A stretch of DNA of 64,000 nucleotides from an archaeon (GTDB lineage Archaea; Nanobdellota; Nanobdellia; Woesearchaeales; JAADFO01), in contig JBDRHG010000004.1 in assembly GCA_043817075.1 (NCBI GenBank), positions 45,767 to 109,766 on the forward strand. Direction: 5' to 3'. The position numbers were made by a program, and so were the translations under genes. Numbering within the stretch: the stretch's first letter is position 1; the number at the start of each line of letters is the position of its first letter. The notes beneath the pieces were generated by a model. That model ran no database searches. It saw nothing but the letters and a program-made list of their open reading frames with translations, and was not told the DNA's origin. Shown here in pieces: positions 26,645 to 35,363 of the stretch.

Positions 26645-27322
26645 ATGAAAAGATTTAGCGCATCAATGGTTCTGATCATACTCGCTGTGTTGGCGGTAGC
26701 CCAAGTCGCGATGGCTCAGCCTTTTGGCGTCACGACGGAAAATGGCACCCAGAAGACGGGCACGGGCACTACAGCAACATCGGTGGCGATCACGGGCGGT
26801 AATGTCACCGAAGTCAACATCACTGCTGCACAGATCACTGGCAGGTGGGCAGGCTTCTGGGGTTCGATCACCGCAGGCATCAATCTCACCGACGGTGTCC
26901 AGACGTTCTATGCATGGACGGTCAGCAACGTCACTGGAGCTGCGGTCTACGCGGTCAACGGTTCTGTCACCGACTGGGATCTGATGCAGAGGGCCAACGA
27001 TACCCATATGCCCGTTAATCTGCAGGGTGAGGCGACCGATAATTTCAACAACACATTCAACTCGTCCGAGACGTTCACGGTTGGCACTTCTCGCAGTATC
27101 GATAACGTCAAGTATGCGATGACGTGGCAGGACGGAGTGCAGGGAACGCTTCTCAAGTCATATGCCTTGACGACGTCGGACACTAATGCGGAAATCTTCG
27201 CAGCCAAGGCCGTCGGTGACGCGGATTCGTTCATCAATGGCGTGGAAGCGGACTTCCAGTTGATTGTTCCGGCCCAGTCCGCATACGCGACTCCGTACGA
27301 GTTCTATCTGGAGCTGCCCTAA
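26645..27322 (+). CDS. secreted sequon-rich protein P2 (paralogue of P1), unknown family
   Basis: ATG 26645 is preceded by gagaggtga (the track start at 26636 is GTG). Signal peptide MKRFSASMVLIILAVLAVAQVAMA/QP. Nine N-x-S/T sequons in 225 aa. Shared blocks with P1; C-terminal YEFYLELP. A T-rich tract follows the stop (27335-27362). Confidence 0.7.
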   Translation: MKRFSASMVLIILAVLAVAQVAMAQPFGVTTENGTQKTGTGTTATSVAITGGNVTEVNITAAQITGRWAGFWGSITAGINLTDGVQTFYAWTVSNVTGAAVYAVNGSVTDWDLMQRANDTHMPVNLQGEATDNFNNTFNSSETFTVGTSRSIDNVKYAMTWQDGVQGTLLKSYALTTSDTNAEIFAAKAVGDADSFINGVEADFQLIVPAQSAYATPYEFYLELP

Positions 27323-27486
27323 AGGCGCTCTAACTTTCTTTTTTTCCTCTTTCTTTCTTTCTGATATCCATTTACTTCTCTCCGCTGATGACACTTAAAA
27401 ACATCAATCGAAACATATTTATAGTCCCCTTCTTGCATAAGATATTGACGAGACCCATTGGTGGTTTTTGAGATCGGGGGAAGGTA

Positions 27487-29202
27487 ATGACAATTACGAC
27501 TAGACGTCCTTTGACTTGGTTTTGTATCCTAATTTTCTGCATCTGTGCCCTCTCATTAACAGCATTCGCAGATGTGAATGTCGGCAATTCCCAGGACTGG
27601 AAGGACGTCTATTCAATGATGCTCTATTCAGGCCTCAACGATCAGCGCGGCATATTCCTCAATTCTGAATCCATCATCGGCATCACTTCCCGCATCACTC
27701 CTGCCGATTCCATCACCATGTTCGAATCCACCGACACGCCTCTCATCAGGCGGGCCTTTGGTCAATTGGCCTCCGCTGGATTCGAGGTCAACGAGGAGGT
27801 GCGGTCTAGCAATTTCAATCTCGATCTCGATCCTGAGAACGGCCGGTACTTGCTTGTCTCCACCAGTAACTACCGTCTCGCTTTACCAATAGCCGCGTAT
27901 GCCGTCAAGACGAATTCCTGGGTGCTCCTGGTCGACCAGGACAATCTGGATGAAGTGGCGAACCGCATCGAGGACGCAAGCCAGGTCATCGCCGTGGGCA
28001 ATTTCCCCCGCGATGTGCTCGAGGCGATCGAACCTTCGTTTACCGAATGGATCAACAACAACAATATCTACACGGACAGCGAGGAGATCGCGTCCCGTTT
28101 CGGCGAGATCCCCAGTGTCGTGATCACCGACGGATCCACCCTCGAGGCGGAGTTCTTCACGACACCCAATCCTGTCATCCTCTCAGGCTACAACCGCATC
28201 ATCGACGACACGATCACCTTTCTTCAAGAGAACAACATCAAGAATGTCGTCATCGTCGGCAACAAGCTCTCGGTGGTCGGTGAGCAGATACGCGCGAGCA
28301 GCAACAAGGAGATCAGCGTCTTCATCAAGTTCGGCCAGAGCTCGACACAGAAGCTGGGACGGGTCTACGCCCTGACCATGTATCCGATGCCGATGCCGAC
28401 GCTCAAGATCACGGTCAACAGGGTCATCTACAACCCGATCAAGAAAGAGCTCATCGCTTACTACAATAACCTGGGAAATGTCGGCACCTATACGTTGACC
28501 ACGATGACGGTCAAGGTTGACGGCGACGAGATCGGTTCAGCGTCGGACGAGGACGTCATCTTCCTCGGTGCAGGAGAAGTCCTGCCTGTCGCATACGACC
28601 TCGACATCCCTATCGATGACATCGACGAGAACACCATCGTCGAGTTCTATACATCATTCGGCATCCAGCCCACTGAGCTCGACGCCTTCCTGACCATGAC
28701 GAACAAGTTCGGCCCTCCCTTCTCGCTCACTCTCGAGCTCGAGGAAATCGAAGAGGATCCCGCGGTCATCACGCTCGACGATGTCGCCTATTACCTGCGC
28801 TACAAGCGAATAGGTATGGATCTGACCAACAACGTCACGACCCCTGTCTACTTCAATGCCAAGATCCGCAATCTCATCGTAAACGGCCTCAAGAAGGACC
28901 TGTATACCGAGGGAGAGCTCATCGGCGGCGAAGGAGCCACAGTCTACATCCCAATCGAACTCGACGATATCGATCTCGAGGAGAACAGGAATTTCGATAT
29001 CACAATCGCCTATGGCAGCGATTCATCCTTCCTCTTCAACTCCATCGAGAAGAAGTTGCCGTTCAGGACCGAAGGCAGTGCGGGCATCGTTGGCTTCGTG
29101 ACCTCGATCGTGGGCGAAGGATCCATCCCTGCGCTCATCGGTCTCATCGTCGTTGTTCTCATCATCGTGACGATTGTTGTAGTCAAGAGGAGAAAAAGAT
29201 AA
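27487..29202 (+). CDS. large surface protein L1: signal peptide, three Rossmann-like (CWB2-like?) modules, two Ig/CARDB-like modules, C-terminal TM anchor
   Basis: 571 aa with gggggaaggt upstream of the ATG. Signal peptide ..CICALSLTAFA/DV. Repeated modules of the type ..YLLVSTSNYRLALPIAAYAVKTNSWVLLVD..VIAVGNFP... The C-terminus is SIPALIGLIVVVLIIVTIVVVKRRKR. Paralogous to L2 over its full length. Confidence 0.7.
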   Translation: MTITTRRPLTWFCILIFCICALSLTAFADVNVGNSQDWKDVYSMMLYSGLNDQRGIFLNSESIIGITSRITPADSITMFESTDTPLIRRAFGQLASAGFEVNEEVRSSNFNLDLDPENGRYLLVSTSNYRLALPIAAYAVKTNSWVLLVDQDNLDEVANRIEDASQVIAVGNFPRDVLEAIEPSFTEWINNNNIYTDSEEIASRFGEIPSVVITDGSTLEAEFFTTPNPVILSGYNRIIDDTITFLQENNIKNVVIVGNKLSVVGEQIRASSNKEISVFIKFGQSSTQKLGRVYALTMYPMPMPTLKITVNRVIYNPIKKELIAYYNNLGNVGTYTLTTMTVKVDGDEIGSASDEDVIFLGAGEVLPVAYDLDIPIDDIDENTIVEFYTSFGIQPTELDAFLTMTNKFGPPFSLTLELEEIEEDPAVITLDDVAYYLRYKRIGMDLTNNVTTPVYFNAKIRNLIVNGLKKDLYTEGELIGGEGATVYIPIELDDIDLEENRNFDITIAYGSDSSFLFNSIEKKLPFRTEGSAGIVGFVTSIVGEGSIPALIGLIVVVLIIVTIVVVKRRKR

Positions 29203-29263
29203 AAGGATGGTATCGGCAGTCAACGTCGCGATGAGTTCTTCCCATACACCACGAGGGAGATGC

Positions 29264-30997
29264 ATGACATCAAGAGGATCGATACGAGGCAGGCAGGGTA
29301 TTGCCCGAAACGTCATCTTGCCTTTCCTCGTCTTGCTCATCATCCTGGGTACCGTGGTTCCCATCGTATTCGCCGATAAAGAATATGATTACGTCCTCGT
29401 CGCCAACACCAAGGACTGGCGCGAGCTTTACCTGGCCGCCTTCTATGCAGGGATCAACAATGCTGAGCTCATCTACTTCAAGACGCTTGGCGAGGCCCAG
29501 ATAAAATCCGGTCAGCTGGACGAGGACGAAGAGATCGTCATCCTGGAGCCTGAGAAGAATGCTGTGGTCAAGAACTACGAGTCTTTCCTCGAGGTCAATG
29601 GCTACCAGGACTTCTATACGATCGATTACGAGAGCCTCCAGGATCTCCAGGAGATTCTCTGGGATGATGCCAAGGCGGACGGATATCTCGTGCTGTATCC
29701 CGAGTTCGGTGTCGAGGCCGCTTCGGCCACTGCCTATGCACTGGAGCAAAATCTCATCCCGCTGTTCATGGATGAGTATAACATCGGGGAGGTCAAGAAG
29801 ATCATCAAAGGCTCTGATAATGTCATTTTCTTGGGCCATTTCCCCATCCGTCTTCTAGACGATATGACCGGAGAGTTCATCACCGATCATGCAGACAAGA
29901 ACGCCAAGGCCATCACCTCACGTTATCTGGAGGACTATGACGGGGCCTGGGCCATCATCACCAGGATCGACAGGATTGACCCCTACACGCTCACCCAAGG
30001 CCCTCCGCTTCTGGTCTACACCGGTTCGACCGAGGACATCGCCGACCTCATCAAGGACAGCAGCATCACCAATGTTGAGATCATCGGTGCGGACACTGTC
30101 GCGATCGCCCAGGAGGCTGAGATCATCTCTGGCAAGGATCTCCGTCTGGTGCTCAAATATGCGAGGACCGTGACCAACCTGCCTGGCATGGGGGGTAAGC
30201 TCCTTGACTTGGACACCATCAAGTTCGACTTTCCTGCAGTTGGTCTCGAGATTGTCGATACGGTCTACTACCCTTCGCTCAATGTCCTCGCCATCACCTT
30301 CAGGAGCACCGGCAATGTCCCGACAAGGTTCTTCTCACAGGTGGAGTTCGGAGGCGAGGCTCTCTCCGACGACAATATCCACTCTGTGCCTCCGGGCGAG
30401 ACCATCACCATCCCTTATTTCCTCGGTTCAGCCGATGACGACACGGTCCGTGTGGTCATCAACACCCAGTATGGCATCGAGCCGCCGTTGACCGAACGCA
30501 TCAAGACGACCGAAGGCCTTCCGATCATCCTCCGTAACGCCACCTCTGATTCTCACATCGAGCAGTCGACAATCGAGATGCGCTCTGTGGGTTATGACGA
30601 TGGTCAAGGCATCCTCTTCTTGGAGCTCTTCAACCCCACCGACGCTCCGATGCAGGTCTTTGCCGAGATCATCTTCGCTCCTGGCGATGTGCTCGCCTCG
30701 GGTCTGATCACGATCCCGTCTCTGGAGAGCGGGATCGCCCAGATACCTACCCCGTACAGGCGCGGAGATTCCATCATCGACAACAACTATCGCATCAACG
30801 TCTTCCACGGGGAGAAGGACACCTTATTCATGACCAATTTCTCCATGGCCGTCTCCCAGCGTGTGTCCGAGCCGCTCATCGTGGGCAATGTCATCGCTCT
30901 CGGCCCCACAAGCATCACGATCTTTGCGGTCGTGCTCCTCATCGTGCTCTTCCTCATCCTCGCCGCCAGGAGGAGACGACGGAAAGAGGAGGGGTGA
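29264..30997 (+). CDS. large surface protein L2 (paralogue of L1) with C-terminal TM anchor
   Basis: Signal peptide ..VILPFLVLLIILGTVVPIVFA/DK. Modules include ..GYLVLYPEFGVEAASATAYALEQNLIPLFMD..VIFLGHFP... The C-terminus is GPTSITIFAVVLLIVLFLILAARRRRRKEEG. The start is ambiguous between 29207, 29231 and 29264; the gene begins 5-60 nt after the L1 stop. Confidence 0.7.
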   Translation: MTSRGSIRGRQGIARNVILPFLVLLIILGTVVPIVFADKEYDYVLVANTKDWRELYLAAFYAGINNAELIYFKTLGEAQIKSGQLDEDEEIVILEPEKNAVVKNYESFLEVNGYQDFYTIDYESLQDLQEILWDDAKADGYLVLYPEFGVEAASATAYALEQNLIPLFMDEYNIGEVKKIIKGSDNVIFLGHFPIRLLDDMTGEFITDHADKNAKAITSRYLEDYDGAWAIITRIDRIDPYTLTQGPPLLVYTGSTEDIADLIKDSSITNVEIIGADTVAIAQEAEIISGKDLRLVLKYARTVTNLPGMGGKLLDLDTIKFDFPAVGLEIVDTVYYPSLNVLAITFRSTGNVPTRFFSQVEFGGEALSDDNIHSVPPGETITIPYFLGSADDDTVRVVINTQYGIEPPLTERIKTTEGLPIILRNATSDSHIEQSTIEMRSVGYDDGQGILFLELFNPTDAPMQVFAEIIFAPGDVLASGLITIPSLESGIAQIPTPYRRGDSIIDNNYRINVFHGEKDTLFMTNFSMAVSQRVSEPLIVGNVIALGPTSITIFAVVLLIVLFLILAARRRRRKEEG

Positions 30998-31061
30998 AGA
31001 TATATCCTCCGGCCTTAGTTCTGCCCAAAACCTTTTTTAACGGGACCGCTCTCCTCCTACT

Positions 31062-31727
31062 ATGATCGCAGCCAAGAAGACCTGGGTCGTGATTCCTGCC
31101 TTCAATGAGGGGGAGCGCATCGTCCCGGTCATCAAGGAGGCTCACCACCACGCTCAAGGCGTCGTAGTGGTCGACGACGGCTCTTCTGACTCCACGTCTG
31201 ACCAGGCACAAGGTGCAGGAGCCATCGTGCTACGCCATTGCATCAACCTCGGAAAGGGTGCCGCACTCAAGACCGGCTGCGATTTCGCTATAGAGCAGGG
31301 TGCCGGACGTATCGTGGTCATCGATGCTGACGGCCAGCATGACCCGGCAGACATCCCCCGTATCCTCAAGGCCTTGGAAGGCCATGACATCGTCTTCTCA
31401 TTCCGCAGGCTGGACACACGCATGCCATTCGTCCTGCGCTTGGGCAACCGCGTCATCTCCTCAATCGTAACCATTTTATATCATGTGCGCCTCAGGGACA
31501 CCCAATGCGGCTTCCGGGCGTTTTCGTCCGAGGCCTACGGACAGGTGCGGTGGGACGCGACGGATTACAGCATGGAGTCTGAGATGATCGCCCGGGCAGG
31601 CAGGAACCGTCTTAGGTATACAGAGATTCCCATCGCGACCGTATATGCGGACAAATACAAAGGCACGACAGTGATCGACGGCGTCAAGATCGTCGCGGAT
31701 CTTTTGTGGTGGAAAGTCAAGCGATGA
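31062..31727 (+). CDS. family 2 glycosyltransferase (polyprenol-phosphate sugar synthase-like)
   Basis: WVVIPAFNEGERIVPVI...VVVVDDGSSDST (GT2 N-terminal signature) and ..VIDADGQHDP (DxD region). Confidence 0.85.
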   Translation: MIAAKKTWVVIPAFNEGERIVPVIKEAHHHAQGVVVVDDGSSDSTSDQAQGAGAIVLRHCINLGKGAALKTGCDFAIEQGAGRIVVIDADGQHDPADIPRILKALEGHDIVFSFRRLDTRMPFVLRLGNRVISSIVTILYHVRLRDTQCGFRAFSSEAYGQVRWDATDYSMESEMIARAGRNRLRYTEIPIATVYADKYKGTTVIDGVKIVADLLWWKVKR

Positions 31728-31762
31728 GAGAGCAATGATGACAGCGTAAAGGTGCAACAAAC

Positions 31763-32101
31763 ATGCTTGGTATCCAGATCTTCGGCATCCTCTTCGGCCT
31801 CGGTCTCATCTACCTGACCTTCCTCTACTACAAACGCAAGGAGTTCTCTGTCTCCGAGCTCGTGTTCTGGATGATGTTCGCCCTGCTCTTCATCTCCATA
31901 TCCCTATTCCCCTCCATCCTCGATCCCATCGTCGAGACATTCGACTTCGCCAGGACATTCGACTTCCTGGTCGTCGTCGGTTTCATGGTCATCGTCGGGC
32001 TGGTCTTCTATATGTTCTCCGTGGTGCAGCGTACGCAGAAGAAGGTAGAGAACCTCGTGCGGACGTTAGCCATCGAGCGTCGTAAGAAGCCAAAACGCTA
32101 A
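31763..32101 (+). CDS. small 4-TM membrane protein, DUF2304-like GT2 partner
   Basis: 112 aa with a hydrophobic core and a basic tail. Size, topology and position immediately after a GT2 gene match the DUF2304 arrangement known from bacteria. Confidence 0.55.
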   Translation: MLGIQIFGILFGLGLIYLTFLYYKRKEFSVSELVFWMMFALLFISISLFPSILDPIVETFDFARTFDFLVVVGFMVIVGLVFYMFSVVQRTQKKVENLVRTLAIERRKKPKR

Positions 32102-32184
32102 AATCTCCGGACCGCGTACCCGACATTCAGATCGGCCTGCCGATTCCAGTCCCGCAGGCCACAAAAAAAGAGGAACCAGATAGC

Positions 32185-33363
32185 ATGGCGACCAGCAACA
32201 TCCTGATAATCTTCGCGGTGAGCCTGTTCGTGTCCTTCGTGCTGTCCGAGCTCTTCCATCGTTATAACTATCCCCGTGTCATCGGCCAGCTGCTGGCGGG
32301 CATCCTTCTCGGCATCCCTTTCATCCGTACGGTATTCACCCCGTCGGTGATGGATGACATCTCTTTCCTGGCCGATCTGGGCATCATCTTCCTCCTGATG
32401 CTGGCAGGGATGGAGATAAATATCGAGAAGCTCAAGCGTTCGGAGAAAAGCGCGTTCATCATCGCCGTGTTCTGCGCCCTTGTCCCTTTCTCACTGGGCT
32501 TTCTCTTCGCCAAATACATCGGCTATTCAACAATCGTCTCGCTCATCTTGGGCATCTGTCTCTCGTTGACGGCAGAAGGCACCACCCTCAAGGTTCTCCT
32601 GGACATGAATGTGCTCAACACGAAGGTGGGCACCACCATACTGGGCGCAGGCATCATCGACGACATATTCGAGGTCATCTTCCTCTCCATCATCCTGATC
32701 ATCTCCCATGAGAGCATCGAGAAGCTGATATGGTTCCCCATAAAGCTGGTGGCCTTCATCATCCTTGTGTATGTCATCTTCAAGCTCATGCCGACCCTTC
32801 TGCGTCTCATACGGAAGGAGCATTCCCGCACGGCGACATTCTCCATCATCATCATATTCGGTCTCATGGTGGCCATCCTCTCGCAGGGGCTTGAGCTCGG
32901 ACCCATAGTCGGCGCCTTCATCGCCGGTGTGATCATCCAGATGCGCGACAAGGACAAACATGAGGAGCGTGAGATCGTGAAGGAGCTCAAGGTGATGACC
33001 TTCGCTTTCATCATCCCGTTCTTCTTCATCAATATCGGGCTGCACATGAATTTCTCCGCCCTCATGGCCAATATCTGGCTCGTCCTCTTCGTCCTCATCC
33101 TCGCCGTGCTGGGCAAGGTCGTCGGCGCCATGGTCGTCACTCCGTTGACCGACCTGTCTTTGACGCAGACCCATATCGTCGGCTGGGGCATGAATTCAAG
33201 GGGCGCGGTCGAGCTCGTCATCGCCGAGATCGCGAGGGCCAACGGTCTCATCCCCATCGAGATCTATTCCGCCGTCGTCATCATGGCGATAACCACGACA
33301 TTGATGTTCCCCTTCGTGCTGCGCTACTACGTCAACAAGCATAGGCATGCGCTGGACGAATGA
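32185..33363 (+). CDS. cation:proton antiporter (CPA2/Kef-type Na+/H+ exchanger family), no RCK domain
   Basis: 392 aa with about 11-12 TM segments. The N-terminal ..YPRVIGQLLAGILLGIPF.. and ..FLLMLAGMEIN.. are typical of the Na_H_Exchanger family. Confidence 0.85.
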   Translation: MATSNILIIFAVSLFVSFVLSELFHRYNYPRVIGQLLAGILLGIPFIRTVFTPSVMDDISFLADLGIIFLLMLAGMEINIEKLKRSEKSAFIIAVFCALVPFSLGFLFAKYIGYSTIVSLILGICLSLTAEGTTLKVLLDMNVLNTKVGTTILGAGIIDDIFEVIFLSIILIISHESIEKLIWFPIKLVAFIILVYVIFKLMPTLLRLIRKEHSRTATFSIIIIFGLMVAILSQGLELGPIVGAFIAGVIIQMRDKDKHEEREIVKELKVMTFAFIIPFFFINIGLHMNFSALMANIWLVLFVLILAVLGKVVGAMVVTPLTDLSLTQTHIVGWGMNSRGAVELVIAEIARANGLIPIEIYSAVVIMAITTTLMFPFVLRYYVNKHRHALDE

Positions 33364-33474
33364 GGGGTTGAATTCTGGCAGAACATCTTGTGGGCAGGAA
33401 AAGACAGAAGGCTTGAGAGAGAAAAATAAAAGAGAAAAATAATGTATAATGATGTATATATTGATTCTTTTTCC

Positions 33475-34089
33475 TCAGACGAACTTTACGCTGGGCGCCG
33501 ATTCTGCTCCTTCCTGCGCTTCGAAGTATGTCCGTTGGTCAAAGCCGAACATGCCCGCGATGATATTGGTCGGGAAGCGACGCAGCTTGGCGTTGAGCGC
33601 CGTCACAGCGTCGTTATACCGCTTCCTCTCCACCGCGACCTTGTTCTCTGTGTTGGCGAGCTCGTCCTGCAGAGCCTGGAAGTTGGCCGTCGCCTTGAGC
33701 TGAGGGTAGTTCTCCACATTGATGTTGAGTCCGCGGAATCCCGTGGCGACCTGCTCCAGCTGGTTGGCGGCTGCCACCTTCTCGTCGACACTTCCGGCAG
33801 TGTCCCATGCCTTCTTGGCTGCTGCCGCCTGCGTCCGGAGCTCCGCTATCCTGGTCTGCGTGCCGGACTCGAATTCAGCCGCCCCTTTGACGGTCTCGAC
33901 GAGATTAGGGATCAGGTCGGCCCGTCGTTGATAGACCGTCTCGACCTGGGCCCATTTGTTGTTGACGGTCTCGTCAAGCGTGACCAATCCGTTGTAGACC
34001 GAGACCAGCCAGAGCAGCATGACGACCGCGATGATCGCGATCACGATGAGCACAATGGATCCGGTCCCTAGTGATTTTCCTTTTGCCAT
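33475..34089 (-). CDS. lemA: LemA family protein
   Basis: An N-terminal TM segment is followed by VYNGLVTLDETVNNKWAQVETVYQRRADLIPNLVETVKG...E..T...I..LR and ..YNDAV..LN..LRRFP.NIIAGMFGF, the canonical LemA sequence. ATG 34089 is preferred over the Arg-rich track extension. Confidence 0.85.
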   Translation of the reverse strand: MAKGKSLGTGSIVLIVIAIIAVVMLLWLVSVYNGLVTLDETVNNKWAQVETVYQRRADLIPNLVETVKGAAEFESGTQTRIAELRTQAAAAKKAWDTAGSVDEKVAAANQLEQVATGFRGLNINVENYPQLKATANFQALQDELANTENKVAVERKRYNDAVTALNAKLRRFPTNIIAGMFGFDQRTYFEAQEGAESAPSVKFV

Positions 34090-34091
34090 GA

Positions 34092-34355
34092 TCATCCCTC
34101 CGTATCTTTGCCCTTGCGGTCTTTCTTGGCCGCTGTCGATGTCTTCCCGCCGGCCTTGCGGAAGAGCGTGAGCACCTCTTCGCGGTCCAGCCACATCCCG
34201 CCGCAGCGGTCGCAGATATCGAGCACCGCGCCTGTCGGATGGCTCAGTTTCCGCATCCGGACGCCTGCGCATCGCGGACAGTTGAGCGGAGCCATCTGGA
34301 ATTCCTTTCCCCTCTTGTCCGTCCCCTTTTCATTACTTTTCTTCTTCAGCACCAT
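34092..34355 (-). CDS. TFIIB-type zinc-ribbon protein (zf-TFIIB-like)
   Basis: CPRC(x17)CDRCGGMWLDREEV matches the CxxC...CxxCGGxWLD zinc-ribbon family. An alternative ATG lies at 34295. Lys-rich termini. Confidence 0.6.
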   Translation of the reverse strand: MVLKKKSNEKGTDKRGKEFQMAPLNCPRCAGVRMRKLSHPTGAVLDICDRCGGMWLDREEVLTLFRKAGGKTSTAAKKDRKGKDTEG

Positions 34356-34382
34356 GATTCCACCTTTTCTTCGATATCTGTA

Positions 34383-35237
34383 TCAGAATCCTCCAGAGAA
34401 GCCGCCGCCTCCAAAACCGCCGCCACCGCCTGAGAATCCTCCTCCGAGGCCTCCCAATCCGCCGCCGGGACGAAATCCCCTTGAGAAGAGCAATGAGGCG
34501 GCGCCGATATAGATGCCGTCGTTCATCGCGCCCTTGTGGCCTTTCCTGCCGCGTCTGCTGACGCGACTGATGATGGTGATGAATACCATGAGGAACATGA
34601 GTCCCATGAGGCCTGCGAACTGGGGCGGAACCGGCGAGTCGGCATCTCCGGTGGCGATGCCTCCGCCTTCACGCAAGATGTCAGCATCATCTGTGCCGTC
34701 TATCACGCCGATGGCAGCATCGATTCCTGCTATCATTCCTCCTGAGAAATCCCCTTTCGAGAGCAAGGGCGCCATGCGGTCCCGAGACAGCCTGCCGAGC
34801 AGAGGTGTGTTGAGCACGTCTTCAAGGCCATAGCCGACCTCCCATCTGTAGACGCGGTCCACGGTGGCGAGCAGCAGGAGCACGCCATTGTCATTCCCTT
34901 TCTTGCCTACTCCGTTCTCCTCTGCGATGCGGAGCGAGTATTCTTCTAGTCCTTCATCCGGCGGGACGCTCTCCACGGTGAAGACCACCATCTGCACCGC
35001 GGTCCTGCTGTCGAGGTCCCGGAGTCTCGCTTCGAGGGTCGCTTTCTCCTGAGTGTCGAACACACTGGCGCGGTCTTCCACATATGAACGTACCACGACA
35101 TCCTCTTGGGCACTGGCGAACCCGGCAATAAGAGGCATCAACAGGAAAAGGAATGTGAGGGCTGCCATCGCTGGCAAGACCTGATGCGATTTCCTATCAG
35201 TTTTCGCATCAGGTCGTGGCTCTGCGCGGGTCGTCAT
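34383..35237 (-). CDS. TPM-domain (TLP18.3/Psb32/MOLO-1-like) protein with TM segment and Gly-rich tail
   Basis: Signal/TM segment, then YVEDRASVFDTQEKATLEARLRDLDSRTAVQMVVFTV.S, ..NGVLLLLATVDRVYRWEVGYGLE.. and a C-terminal GGGFSGGGGGFGGGGFSGGF. LemA-TPM pairing is a well-known conserved neighbourhood. Confidence 0.75.
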   Translation of the reverse strand: MTTRAEPRPDAKTDRKSHQVLPAMAALTFLFLLMPLIAGFASAQEDVVVRSYVEDRASVFDTQEKATLEARLRDLDSRTAVQMVVFTVESVPPDEGLEEYSLRIAEENGVGKKGNDNGVLLLLATVDRVYRWEVGYGLEDVLNTPLLGRLSRDRMAPLLSKGDFSGGMIAGIDAAIGVIDGTDDADILREGGGIATGDADSPVPPQFAGLMGLMFLMVFITIISRVSRRGRKGHKGAMNDGIYIGAASLLFSRGFRPGGGLGGLGGGFSGGGGGFGGGGFSGGF

Positions 35238-35363
35238 ATTCCCTGGCCAGGTTCACGGCTATAAAAGGCTTTTCCTCGCAACATCTCGTCGACGGGTTGT
35301 GCTCTGGCCGGTGCCTTTGTACCCATCGCCATCTTTATATATCGGTCCGTACACCGATTCTGC

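Noticed and set aside
32523-33257. 244-aa Met-rich and 215-aa Asp/Glu/His-rich ORFs antisense to the antiporter
   Set aside because: Extreme compositions (poly-M/S/R, poly-D/E/H) arise as complements of codons for hydrophobic residues. The sense strand encodes a typical CPA2 transporter.
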